Positions 23,883-32,496 of a stretch of 64,000 nt of DNA are shown here, one piece after another. A program made the translations under genes and the position numbers. This DNA is from Vicinamibacteria bacterium (lineage in GTDB: Bacteria; Acidobacteriota; Vicinamibacteria; Fen-336). The stretch is from assembly GCA_035691285.1 (NCBI GenBank), contig DASSJI010000003.1, positions 282 to 64,281 on the forward strand, read 5' to 3'. Positions within the stretch are counted from its first letter, which is position 1, and the number at the start of each line of letters is the position of its first letter. The notes under the pieces were generated by a model. It was not told the origin of the DNA and made no database searches. It saw only the letters and a program-made list of their open reading frames with translations.

Positions 23883-25136
23883 ATGATCGACATCGGCCGC
23901 CTGGTCCAGCAGATACCGACGCACTACCCGTTCGTGCTCCTCGACCGCGTCGTGGAGCACGACCGGTCGCGGGGGCTCGTCGCCGTCAAGGCCGTGACCG
24001 GCTCCGAGGACTTCTTCGAGGGGCACTTTCCCGGCGCGCCGGTCAGGCCCGGCGTCCTGATCATGGAGTGCCTGGCTCAGGCGGCCGGCGTCTGGCTCCT
24101 CGACAAGGCAGGGGACCCGCGGCGCCTGGAGGTCGTGGTCGTGGGCATCGACGACGCGAAGTTCCGCCGCCCGGTCGTGCCCGGGGACCTGCTGCGCCTC
24201 GAGGTGGGCCTGCTGCACCGCCGCGGCGACCTGTGCCGCTTCGAGGGCGTCGTCCGCGTGGCTGACAGCCGCGTGGCCGAGGCCCGCCTGCTGCTGCAGG
24301 TGCGAGAGAGCCCGGCGGCCCTCGTGGACGCCACGGCGCGCGTCGCCCCAGGCGCGGTGCTGGGCAAAGGAGTGCGGATCGGTCCTTACGCGGTCGTGGG
24401 GCCCGAGGTTCGCATCGGGGCCCGCAGCGTGATCGACGCTCACGCCGTGATCGAGGGCGACACGGAGCTGGGCGAGGACAACCGCGTCTTCTCGTTTGCA
24501 TCGGTGGGCCGCGTGCCCCAGGACCTGAAGTTCCGGGGCGAGCACTCCGTCCTCAGGATCGGGCACCGCAACGTCGTCCGCGAGTGCGTCACCATCCACG
24601 TGGGCACCCGTGGCGGCGGAGGGATCACGTCCATCGGCGACGACAACCTGCTGATGGCCTACGCCCACGTCGCCCACGATTGCAGGGTCGGGAACCACAC
24701 GATCCTCGCCAACGGCGCGACGCTCGCGGGACACGTCGTGGTCGAGGACCACGCGACGGTGGGAGCCTACTCGGGCATCCACCAGTTCTGCCGCGTCGGC
24801 CGGCACTCCTTCGTGGGCGGGTTCACGGTCGCCACCAAGGACGTCCTGCCCTTCTCGAAGACCGTGGGGAACCGGGCCTGCATCTATGGGCTGAACGTCG
24901 TGGGCCTGCGGCGGCGTGGCTTCTCCCCGGAGACGATCGCCGCGCTTCGTCAGGCCTACCGGACGCTTCTGCAGAGCCGTCTCAACACCTCCGAGGCCGT
25001 GCGGCACCTCGAGGCGGAGGGCGCCGCCGCCGTGCCCGAGGTCCGCACGCTCGTGGAGTTCATCCGCACGTCGAGGCGCGGCGTGGTGCTGAGGCGCCGC
25101 GGGCGCCTCGCCGACGACGAGGGCGAGGAGGAGTAG
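23883..25136 (+). CDS. Fusion protein: 3-hydroxyacyl-ACP dehydratase FabZ (N-terminal) and UDP-N-acetylglucosamine O-acyltransferase LpxA (C-terminal)
   Basis: Single 417-aa ORF. The N-terminal part has YPFVLLDRV....GSEDFFEGHFPG.PV.PGVLIMECLAQAAG (FabZ). From about residue 150 come hexapeptide repeats and FASVG..PQDLKF.GE, HDC.VGN, ANGATLAGHV, HQFCRVG and LRRRGFS, which align with E. coli LpxA as I remember it. Confidence 0.85.
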   Translation: MIDIGRLVQQIPTHYPFVLLDRVVEHDRSRGLVAVKAVTGSEDFFEGHFPGAPVRPGVLIMECLAQAAGVWLLDKAGDPRRLEVVVVGIDDAKFRRPVVPGDLLRLEVGLLHRRGDLCRFEGVVRVADSRVAEARLLLQVRESPAALVDATARVAPGAVLGKGVRIGPYAVVGPEVRIGARSVIDAHAVIEGDTELGEDNRVFSFASVGRVPQDLKFRGEHSVLRIGHRNVVRECVTIHVGTRGGGGITSIGDDNLLMAYAHVAHDCRVGNHTILANGATLAGHVVVEDHATVGAYSGIHQFCRVGRHSFVGGFTVATKDVLPFSKTVGNRACIYGLNVVGLRRRGFSPETIAALRQAYRTLLQSRLNTSEAVRHLEAEGAAAVPEVRTLVEFIRTSRRGVVLRRRGRLADDEGEEE

Positions 25137-25141
25137 CGCGC

Positions 25142-25951
25142 GTGGCCGGGCCGCTCGGCATCATCGCCGGCAACGGGCGCTTCCCCTTCCTGGTGGCCGC
25201 GGCGGCGCGCCGGGCCGGGCGGCGCGTGGTGGTGGCGGCGATCAAGGAGGAGGCGGCGCCCGAGATCGCACAGGCCGGCGACGAGGTCCACTGGCTGGGT
25301 CTCGGCCAGCTCGGCCGCTGCATCGAGGTGCTGCAGGCGGCCGGGGTGGCGGAGGCCGTCATGGCCGGCCAGGTCAAGCACCGCCAGATCTTCTCGGACG
25401 TCGTGCCCGACCTGAAGCTCATGGGGGTGCTGGCGAGACTGGCCTTCAAGAACACGGACAGCCTGATCGGGGGCGTGGCCGATGCGCTGGAGCGCGAGGG
25501 CATCCGCCTGCTCCCGTCGGTCGCGCTGCTCGAGGACCAGCTGGCGACGGCGGGCTCGATGACCCGCCGGCGGCCCGGCGTCGAAGAGGCGAAGGACGTC
25601 GAGTACGGGGCGAAGGCAGCCCGAGGTCTCGCGGCCCTGGACCTCGGGCAGACGGTGGTCGTCAAGGACCGCGCCGCCGTCGCGCTCGAGGCCATGGAAG
25701 GGACCGACGAGACGATCCGGCGAGCGGGCCGCATCGCGGGGCCGGGCTGCAGCGTCGTGAAGGTGGCCAAGCCGAGGCAGGACCTGCGCTTCGACGTGCC
25801 GGTCGTCGGCCGAGGGACCGTCGCCGCGATGCTCGAGGCCGGCGCGCGCGTACTGGCGGTCGACGCCGGCAAGACGCTCGTGATCGACCGGGCCGAGGTG
25901 GTTCGGGAAGCCGATGCGGCGGGCATCGCCCTCGTCGGTCTCGTGGCGTGA
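25142..25951 (+). CDS. lpxI: LpxI-family protein (DUF1009, UDP-2,3-diacylglucosamine diphosphatase-like)
   Basis: GTG at 25142. The LGIIAGNGRFPFLVA N-terminus and GQTVVVKDRAAVALEAMEGTDETIRRAG are typical of the LpxI/DUF1009 family. It sits directly after lpxA. Confidence 0.7.
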   Translation: MAGPLGIIAGNGRFPFLVAAAARRAGRRVVVAAIKEEAAPEIAQAGDEVHWLGLGQLGRCIEVLQAAGVAEAVMAGQVKHRQIFSDVVPDLKLMGVLARLAFKNTDSLIGGVADALEREGIRLLPSVALLEDQLATAGSMTRRRPGVEEAKDVEYGAKAARGLAALDLGQTVVVKDRAAVALEAMEGTDETIRRAGRIAGPGCSVVKVAKPRQDLRFDVPVVGRGTVAAMLEAGARVLAVDAGKTLVIDRAEVVREADAAGIALVGLVA

Positions 25952-26883
25952 GCGAGGTCCGGACGGCCGTGGTCGGCGTCGGCGCACTCGGGCAGCACCA
26001 CGCCCGCGTCTTTGCGTCGCTTCCGGGCTGCCGCCTGGGCGGCGTGTACGACGTCGATCCCCGGCGGGCCAAGGAAGTCGCAGACCGGCACGGCGCGCCG
26101 GTGCTCGAGCGGCTGCGCGACGTGATCGGAGCCGCGGACGCGGTCTCGGTCGCCGTCCCGACCGTGGATCACCACCGGGTCGCCCGGGCCCTCCTCGAGG
26201 CGGGCAAGGACGTCCTCGTCGAGAAGCCCATCGCAACCACGCTGGAGGAGGCCGACGACCTGATCCGCGTGGCCGGCGGGCGGCGCGCGGTCCTGCAAAT
26301 CGGCCACATCGAGCGCTTCAACCCGGCGACCGACGTGCTGCGCGCCGCGACCCGGGATCCTCGGTTCATCGAGGTACACCGCCTCGGGTCCTTCTCGGCG
26401 CGCAGCCTCGACATCGACGTCGTGCTCGACCTGATGATCCACGATCTCGACATCGTGCTGGCCCTGGACGGCTCGGAGCCCCTTCAGGTGGACGCGGTCG
26501 GCGTGCCCGTCCTCACTCCGCGCGTGGACATCGCCAACGTTCGCCTCCGCTTCCGATCGGGCCTCATCGCGAACCTTACCGCCAGCCGCGTCTCGGCGGA
26601 GAAGGTGCGGAAGTTCCGGGTCTTCTTCCCGCGGACCTACATCTCCGTGGACTTCGCCGCCCAGGAGACCCAGGTCTATCGGCTCGTGGCAGGGCCGGGC
26701 GGTGCTCCGGACATCGCCGTGGAGCGGACGGCCGCCCCCGGCGAGGAGCCCCTGAAGCGACAGCTCGCCGCCTTCCTCGACGCGGTCCGGACGAGAGGCG
26801 CTCCGGTCGTGTCGGGCCTGGACGGCCGTCGGGCCCTGGCCCTGGCTCAAACGATTCTGGTTAGAATGAACTCGACGGCCTGA
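25948..26883 (+). CDS. Gfo/Idh/MocA family NAD-dependent oxidoreductase
   Basis: 311 aa. AVVGVGALGQHHARVF Rossmann motif and VLVEKPIATTLEEAD (the EKP motif). The GTG start overlaps the lpxI stop. Confidence 0.8.
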   Translation: MSEVRTAVVGVGALGQHHARVFASLPGCRLGGVYDVDPRRAKEVADRHGAPVLERLRDVIGAADAVSVAVPTVDHHRVARALLEAGKDVLVEKPIATTLEEADDLIRVAGGRRAVLQIGHIERFNPATDVLRAATRDPRFIEVHRLGSFSARSLDIDVVLDLMIHDLDIVLALDGSEPLQVDAVGVPVLTPRVDIANVRLRFRSGLIANLTASRVSAEKVRKFRVFFPRTYISVDFAAQETQVYRLVAGPGGAPDIAVERTAAPGEEPLKRQLAAFLDAVRTRGAPVVSGLDGRRALALAQTILVRMNSTA

Positions 26884-26946
26884 CGGGCGGGAATCGTCTA
26901 TATGTGGCACCATAACCTGAGGCACCCCCAGTGCTAGGGTGAATGG

Positions 26947-27939
26947 TTGGACAGGGCCGTCGGGCCTGTGGTAGGCTTTGCGGCTCTGGTCCCACGAGGT
27001 GGACCGGTAGTGGAGAGGATCGATACCCGCCAGGGCTTCCTGATCTCGGCCCTGGTACACCTCGGCATCATCATGGTGGTTGCCAGCCGGCCGGCCACGG
27101 CCACGAAGTCCGCTGCCGAGACCCCGGCGGAGCCCCTCCGGGTTGCCCAGCGCGTCTTCCTCCCCCCGCCAGAGGTCCTGAGGCGCCTCGCCCCGATTCC
27201 GCCGCGACCGGCTCCTGCTCCCCGCCCTCCGGCTCCGCTGCCGCCCTCGGCGAGGGACCGGATCAGCATCGGCCCGCCCGTGCAGGCTCGCCAGAAGGGT
27301 CCGCTGATCCTGCGGCGCGACGAGGATCTCACCCAGGTTCCCAAGGGACGGCCGGACGCGGTCCCACAGGCCGCCACCCCACCGCCGCCTGCGGCAACGC
27401 CCGAGCCAGCTCGTTCCGCCGGCGTGACGACACCCGGGAGTCCCGGCCTGAGGCTGCCGCCGGGTCTCGGCAACCAGCCCAAGGGATCGGAGGGCGACCT
27501 CGGAAAGCCCGGGGCGAGCCGCCCCTCGATCGCCGGATCGCTTCGGAACTTCGAGCAGCGCCTGCAGCAGGCCACGGGTCCGCTGGGGCTCGATTCCGGC
27601 ACGGGGCAGAGGATCGCGGGCCTCTTCTTCGATCCCCAGGGCGCGGACTTCACCGTCTGGGTCAACCACTTCCGCGTCGAGGTCTACAACAACTGGATCA
27701 TGCCGCAGCCGGCGCAGCTCGGAGTCAAGGGCCACGTCGACATCACGTTCACGGTCGATCGCGCCGGAAGCATGACCGACGTCAGGATCCTCAAGTCCTC
27801 CGGAACGCCCGCCCTCGATCGCGCCGCGCAGCACGCCCTGGTCAGTGCGCGTCTGCTGCCGCTGCCCAGCGACTTCGCGCCGGCGACGCTCACCATACAG
27901 GTCAGCTTCTTCTACAACGAAGGGCCCACCGGGTCTTGA
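26947..27939 (+). CDS. TonB family energy-transducer protein
   Basis: 330 aa. One N-terminal TM helix (FLISALVHLGIIMVVA), a long Pro-rich spacer, and a C-terminal TonB_C-like domain (GHVDITFTVDRAGSMTDVRILKSSGTPALDRAAQHAL). The start (TTG 26947) is uncertain. Confidence 0.7.
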   Translation: MDRAVGPVVGFAALVPRGGPVVERIDTRQGFLISALVHLGIIMVVASRPATATKSAAETPAEPLRVAQRVFLPPPEVLRRLAPIPPRPAPAPRPPAPLPPSARDRISIGPPVQARQKGPLILRRDEDLTQVPKGRPDAVPQAATPPPPAATPEPARSAGVTTPGSPGLRLPPGLGNQPKGSEGDLGKPGASRPSIAGSLRNFEQRLQQATGPLGLDSGTGQRIAGLFFDPQGADFTVWVNHFRVEVYNNWIMPQPAQLGVKGHVDITFTVDRAGSMTDVRILKSSGTPALDRAAQHALVSARLLPLPSDFAPATLTIQVSFFYNEGPTGS

Positions 27940-30176
27940 GGGCCCACCGGTTGAGGGACCGGCCCGCAGCGACGTTCGTCGCCGCGGTCGCGGCGACGCT
28001 CGCGCTGGTCGTGAGCTGTCGCACCGTGCCCAAGCGCCCCGTGGCCGCGGCGCCCGCCGCGTTCGCCCCCGAGGCCGAGCTGATGCAGCCCGTGATCCGC
28101 GTGGCGGTGGCGACCGACGCATCCCGGGTGTCGATCGGCGCGGAGTCTGGGATCCGCGTCCTCGTGCGGACCCTCGACGCGGCGCCGGGTCGGCTCGAGC
28201 TGCCGATCGCGACGTTCCGGAGGAGCGGCGCCGCCACGGCGGCGTCCCACCTCTTCCGCGTCCAGGTGGCCAGCCTGGCCGACGAGCGCATGGCCCGGGA
28301 GATGGCGGACCGCGCCCGCGCGGCCTCGCGCGAGGCGGCGACCGTGGCGTGGAACGAGGCGACGCAGACGTTCCAGGTGCGGGCCGGAGCCTTCGACAGC
28401 CGCGAGGGCGCAAGCGGACTCGCCCGACGGCTCGGCGAGAGCGGGTTCGCAGGCGCCTGGGTCGTCGAGGAGGTGCGCGCCGCGGCGGGGGCGGGGATCA
28501 CACTGCTGGAGAACCGCGAGGAGATGGCCTTCGCGACGATCGTTCCGGCGAAGCCCGGCGAGGCGCTCACCGTCGACTCGGTGCCCTATCGCGGCTTCCT
28601 CGAGATCCGGCCTGGCGACGGCGCGGCGCTCACGGTGGTCAACGTCGTCCACATGGAGGACTACCTCAAGGGCGTCGTCCCCAACGAGCTGTCCCCGGCA
28701 GCGTTCCCGCAGCTCGAGGCGCTGAAGGCGCAGGCCGTCGCGGCTCGCACCTACGCGATCCGCAACAAGGGGCAGTTCGAGGCGAAGGGCTACGACCTGT
28801 GCGCCACGCCGGCCTGCCAGGTCTATCGCGGGAAGTCCACCGAGAGCCCGCTCTCGGACCGCGCGGTGGACGAGACGCGCGGCCTCGTGGCCGAATGGCA
28901 AGACCTGCCCATCGACGCGCTCTACACCTCGACCTGCGGCGGGCACACCGAGGACGGCTCGAACATGTTCGAGGGCGACGGCGAGCCCTACCTCAAGGGC
29001 GTGATCTGCGCCCCGGAGCGCAAGGCGTCCGGGGAGATCCGCACCACGGCGCCGACCCGCGCCATCGGCGACGAGGAGGGCCTGAGCCGCGACGTCGCGC
29101 TGCTGGTCGCGCTCGACGTGGTCGACGGCAAGGCCTATTCGGTGGCGGGGGTGAAGGGCGGCGCGACCGAAGGAGACCTCCGGGACTGGACCGCGCGGCT
29201 TCTCGAGGCGTTGCGCCGCAAGGGGTGCGACAGCGCCGCGGCCGACGGAGTGTCCCGCCGCGCAGCGTTCTTCCAGCACCTGGTCACGTCGCTGTGCTGG
29301 GAGGAGCGCGGCCGGCGGCTCCTGGCGCCCGAGGACGAGAGCTTCCTGCTCCGGCTCGAGGACGCCGAGACGCTGAGGACGCCCGCCGAGCGCCTGGCCG
29401 CGGCAGTGCTGCTCCAGGAGGGCGTGATCTCGCCCTTCTCCGACAACACGTTGCGGGGCGACGATCCCGTCACGCGTACGCAGGCGTTGCGCGCGCTGGC
29501 GCGCGTGGCGGAGAAAGCGGGGGCGCCGGGCCTGGTGCGGGCCGAGGTGGACGCCGTCGGCCCGGAGGGGCTGCGCGTCCGCACGGCGGATGGCGGAACC
29601 GAGTCCATGCGCCTCGACCCGGCGGTTCGTCTGTTCCGCTCCCTGGACGGCAGCCGCGCCGCCGTGTCGGAGCTGCAGCTCGTCGGGGGAGACAAGGTGG
29701 GCTACGTGCTCCACGCCGGCGGGGTGGCGTTCCTCGAAGCGGAGCAGAGCCGCCTGGGCGCCGCCGCGGACCGCAGCTCACGGTACTACCGCTGGGAAGT
29801 CCGCCTCACCCCCGCCGAGGTCGAGAAGGCGCTGGCCCGCTACGGCTCCGTGGGCCGCGTGCGCGACGTGGCGATCCGCAGGAACGGCGTCTCGGGGCGT
29901 GTCGTCGAGCTGGTCGTGCTCGGCACGAGCGGGGAAATGCTGCTGAAGGGCCTGAAGATCCGATGGGCCCTGGGCCTGCGGGAGAACCTGTTCGTCGTGG
30001 ATCGCGAGCGCGATCCCAAGGGCGGCGTGGCGCGCTTCGTCTTCACCGGCAAGGGTTGGGGCCACGGCGTCGGCCTGTGCCAGGTGGGCGCCTACGGCAT
30101 GGCCCAGGCGGGCGCAACCTACGACCAGATCGTCCGACACTACTACTCCGGCGTGGAGATCTCCAGGGCGTATTGA
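27936..30176 (+). CDS. SpoIID/LytB-domain lipoprotein with an SPOR-like domain
   Basis: TTG at 27936 overlaps the tonB stop; an alternative TTG lies at 27951. Lipobox LALVVSC. SPOR-like segment FRVQVASLADERMAREMAD...FQVRAGAFDSREGASGLARRL. SpoIID motifs are MEDYLKGVVPNE, AQAVAARTYA, YDLCATPACQVY and YTSTCGGHTED. Confidence 0.75.
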   Translation: MRAHRLRDRPAATFVAAVAATLALVVSCRTVPKRPVAAAPAAFAPEAELMQPVIRVAVATDASRVSIGAESGIRVLVRTLDAAPGRLELPIATFRRSGAATAASHLFRVQVASLADERMAREMADRARAASREAATVAWNEATQTFQVRAGAFDSREGASGLARRLGESGFAGAWVVEEVRAAAGAGITLLENREEMAFATIVPAKPGEALTVDSVPYRGFLEIRPGDGAALTVVNVVHMEDYLKGVVPNELSPAAFPQLEALKAQAVAARTYAIRNKGQFEAKGYDLCATPACQVYRGKSTESPLSDRAVDETRGLVAEWQDLPIDALYTSTCGGHTEDGSNMFEGDGEPYLKGVICAPERKASGEIRTTAPTRAIGDEEGLSRDVALLVALDVVDGKAYSVAGVKGGATEGDLRDWTARLLEALRRKGCDSAAADGVSRRAAFFQHLVTSLCWEERGRRLLAPEDESFLLRLEDAETLRTPAERLAAAVLLQEGVISPFSDNTLRGDDPVTRTQALRALARVAEKAGAPGLVRAEVDAVGPEGLRVRTADGGTESMRLDPAVRLFRSLDGSRAAVSELQLVGGDKVGYVLHAGGVAFLEAEQSRLGAAADRSSRYYRWEVRLTPAEVEKALARYGSVGRVRDVAIRRNGVSGRVVELVVLGTSGEMLLKGLKIRWALGLRENLFVVDRERDPKGGVARFVFTGKGWGHGVGLCQVGAYGMAQAGATYDQIVRHYYSGVEISRAY

Positions 30177-30211
30177 GCGCAGGCACCCCCATCGCGGGCC
30201 GTCGGGAATCC

Positions 30212-30220
30212 TGCTAAAAT
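30212..30220 (+). promoter_or_regulatory. Extended -10-like TGCTAAAAT upstream of the DUF4388 gene
   Basis: TGCTAAAAT at 30212-30220, 20 nt before ATG 30241, within a 64-nt intergenic gap. Confidence 0.3.
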
Positions 30221-30240
30221 CCTCGGCGACCTAGAGATCC

Positions 30241-31359
30241 ATGGCCACGACGCTGCCGAAGGCCTTCGAGGGGTTCGCCGTCCCGGGGGGACTCAGGGGA
30301 CAGCTCGCGCAGCTCCCGCTGCCCGACATCCTCCAATGGCTCAGGACCTCCGCCTCCACTGGCGTCCTGACCCTCGTCTCGGGAGGCGCGCGCAAGGCGC
30401 TCTACGTCAAGCAGGGCCGGGTCGTGTTCGCGTCCAGCAACCTGCCGAACGACCGGCTCGGAGAGATCCTGATCCGCGAGGGCAAGATCACCGTCGAGGA
30501 ATACGACCTCTCGATCCGCGCCATCTCCAAGGGGAAGCGCCAGGGGAAGGCCCTCGTCGAGCTGGGCGCGCTGTCGCCCAAGGACCTCTGGGAGGGCATC
30601 CAGTTCCAGGTCCGAGAGATCGTCTTCAGCGTCTTCCAGTGGGAGGACGGGCAGTTCCACTTCGAGGAGTCGAACCTCCCCGAGAAGGAGCGCATCACCG
30701 TGGACGTGGACATCCTGGACTTGATCCTCGCGGGGATCCGCCGCATCGACGCGAACGGCCCGGTGCAGGCGCGCTACCCCAAGAGCGACGTGCTGCTGGA
30801 GCGCCTGGCCAGCGACGGACAGCTTCCCCTCGAGCCCTACGAAGGCCACGTGCTGAACCTCGTCGACAGCGAGCGCAGCGTGCTCGAGATCTGCCGCGAG
30901 AGCGAGATCGGCGACAACGAGACCCTGAAGGTACTCTACGCGCTCCTGTGCGCCGGCGTGCTGCGGGCCAAGGGGAAGAAGGTCCACGCCCTCGACCAGG
31001 ACTTCATCCCCGAGGATTCCGTCCACACGGTGCTCTCGAGCTTCAACCAGATGTACTCCTACATCTTCCGATACATGGTGCGCGAGGTCGGGCCCATCGC
31101 CGAGAACGTCCTCGAGAAATACCTGGGCGGGCTCCGGGAGACGCGCAAGGACGTGTTCGGCAGCGTCAGGCTGCAGAAGGACGGATCCCTCGACGCGGCC
31201 ATTCTCGAGAAGAACCTGAACCGATTCCCCGAGGAGCAGCGCCGCAGCCTGCTCGTGGACGGGCTCAACGAGCTGCTCTACGCGGAGCTCCTCGCCGTGA
31301 AGCGCACCCTCGGCGCGGAACACGAGGCCACGATCATCAAGGCCCTGCGCGACCGCTGA
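30241..31359 (+). CDS. DUF4388 (PATAN-like) domain-containing protein
   Basis: 372 aa. The N-terminus LRGQLAQLPLPDILQWLRTSASTGVLTLVSGGARKALYVKQGRVVFASSN is the characteristic DUF4388 signature. Confidence 0.65.
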   Translation: MATTLPKAFEGFAVPGGLRGQLAQLPLPDILQWLRTSASTGVLTLVSGGARKALYVKQGRVVFASSNLPNDRLGEILIREGKITVEEYDLSIRAISKGKRQGKALVELGALSPKDLWEGIQFQVREIVFSVFQWEDGQFHFEESNLPEKERITVDVDILDLILAGIRRIDANGPVQARYPKSDVLLERLASDGQLPLEPYEGHVLNLVDSERSVLEICRESEIGDNETLKVLYALLCAGVLRAKGKKVHALDQDFIPEDSVHTVLSSFNQMYSYIFRYMVREVGPIAENVLEKYLGGLRETRKDVFGSVRLQKDGSLDAAILEKNLNRFPEEQRRSLLVDGLNELLYAELLAVKRTLGAEHEATIIKALRDR

Positions 31360-31360
31360 C

Positions 31361-31498
31361 GGCCGACGGCCAGGACGACCACGGAGTACACGGAGAGGCC
31401 CGGAGAGGTCACAGAGCAACTGGGATGCCGACAGCACTCCTCTCTCTGTGTCTCCGAGCCCTCTCTGTGCTCTCGGTGGTTTTCCGGACCGTGGGTGG
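31361..31498. repeat. Palindromic CACAGAG/CACGGAG-rich intergenic element, copy B
   Basis: Left end CGACGGCCAGGACGACC, the 19-mer at 31389-31407, right arm CTCTCTGTG twice, right end TTTTCCGGACCGTGGGTGG. The arms are largely complementary, giving a long imperfect hairpin. Confidence 0.7.
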
Positions 31499-31572
31499 TT
31501 TGTGATGCAGCCCACGCGCAGCCAGATCCGGGGCGCGGCGATCCTCCTGTTCCTCGCGATACTGTTCGTGGC

Positions 31573-32496
31573 GTGGCGGCTCTCGAGCGTGCGCTGATCG
31601 CGATCGTCGGGCCGACGGCGTCGGGGAAGAGCGCTCTCGCGCTCGAGCTCGCCCAGGCCCTCGATGGCGAGATCGTCTCCTGCGACAGCCTGCAGGTGTT
31701 CCGCGGCCTGGACGTCGGGAGCGCGAAGCCGACTGCCGCCGAGCGGGCCCTGGTCCCGCACCACCTGCTCGACGTCGCCGAGCCCGACCAGGACTTCTCC
31801 GCGGCGGAGTACGCGCGCCTCGCCCGGGCGGCCGTTCGCGACGTCGTCGCGCGCGGCCGCCTGCCCCTCGTCGTGGGCGGCACGGGGCTGTACCTGCGGG
31901 CGCTCCTGAGCGGGCTCTTCCCGGGCCCGTCCCGGGACGCCGCTTTCCGGCAACGGGTCGAGGCCCTGGCGGAGCGCCTGGGCCGCGCGCGGGTCCATGC
32001 CTGGCTGCGCCGGGTGGACCCGAGCGCCGCGGCGCGGATCTCGCCCGAGGATCTCGTTCGGGTGGTGCGCGCGCTCGAGGTCTATCGGGCCACGCGGATC
32101 CCGATCTCAAAGCACCACGCCTCCTCGACCGAAGCGCTCACGGGCGTGCAGGCCAGGGTGTTCGGCATCGACCTCCCGCGGGACGCCCTGCGCGCGCGGG
32201 TCCAGGCCCGCACCGATGCCATGTGGGCCGGGGGGCTGCTGGAGGAAACGCGATCCCTGCTGGATCGCTTCCCGAACGGCGCGCGGCCGCTTCGAGCCAT
32301 CGGCTACCGGCAGGCGGTCGCGGTCGTGCGCGGAGAGCTGGATCTCGCCGCGGCGCGGCGTGATATGGTCACGACCACGATGCAGTACGCCAAGCGGCAG
32401 CGGACATGGTTCCGCCATCAGGCGGACGTCGCCTGGTTCGACGCGTCGGACGCCGCGGGAAGGGCCATTCGAGCCTGGCTGGAGGCGCGCGGTTGA
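31573..32496 (+). CDS. miaA: tRNA dimethylallyltransferase
   Basis: IAIVGPTASGKSALALELA P-loop, IVSCDSLQVFRGLDVGSAKP, PHHLLDV, VVGGTGLYLRAL and QYAKRQRTWFR. I place the start at GTG 31573. The track ORF begins at 31495, inside repeat copy B. Confidence 0.85.
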   Translation: MAALERALIAIVGPTASGKSALALELAQALDGEIVSCDSLQVFRGLDVGSAKPTAAERALVPHHLLDVAEPDQDFSAAEYARLARAAVRDVVARGRLPLVVGGTGLYLRALLSGLFPGPSRDAAFRQRVEALAERLGRARVHAWLRRVDPSAAARISPEDLVRVVRALEVYRATRIPISKHHASSTEALTGVQARVFGIDLPRDALRARVQARTDAMWAGGLLEETRSLLDRFPNGARPLRAIGYRQAVAVVRGELDLAAARRDMVTTTMQYAKRQRTWFRHQADVAWFDASDAAGRAIRAWLEARG

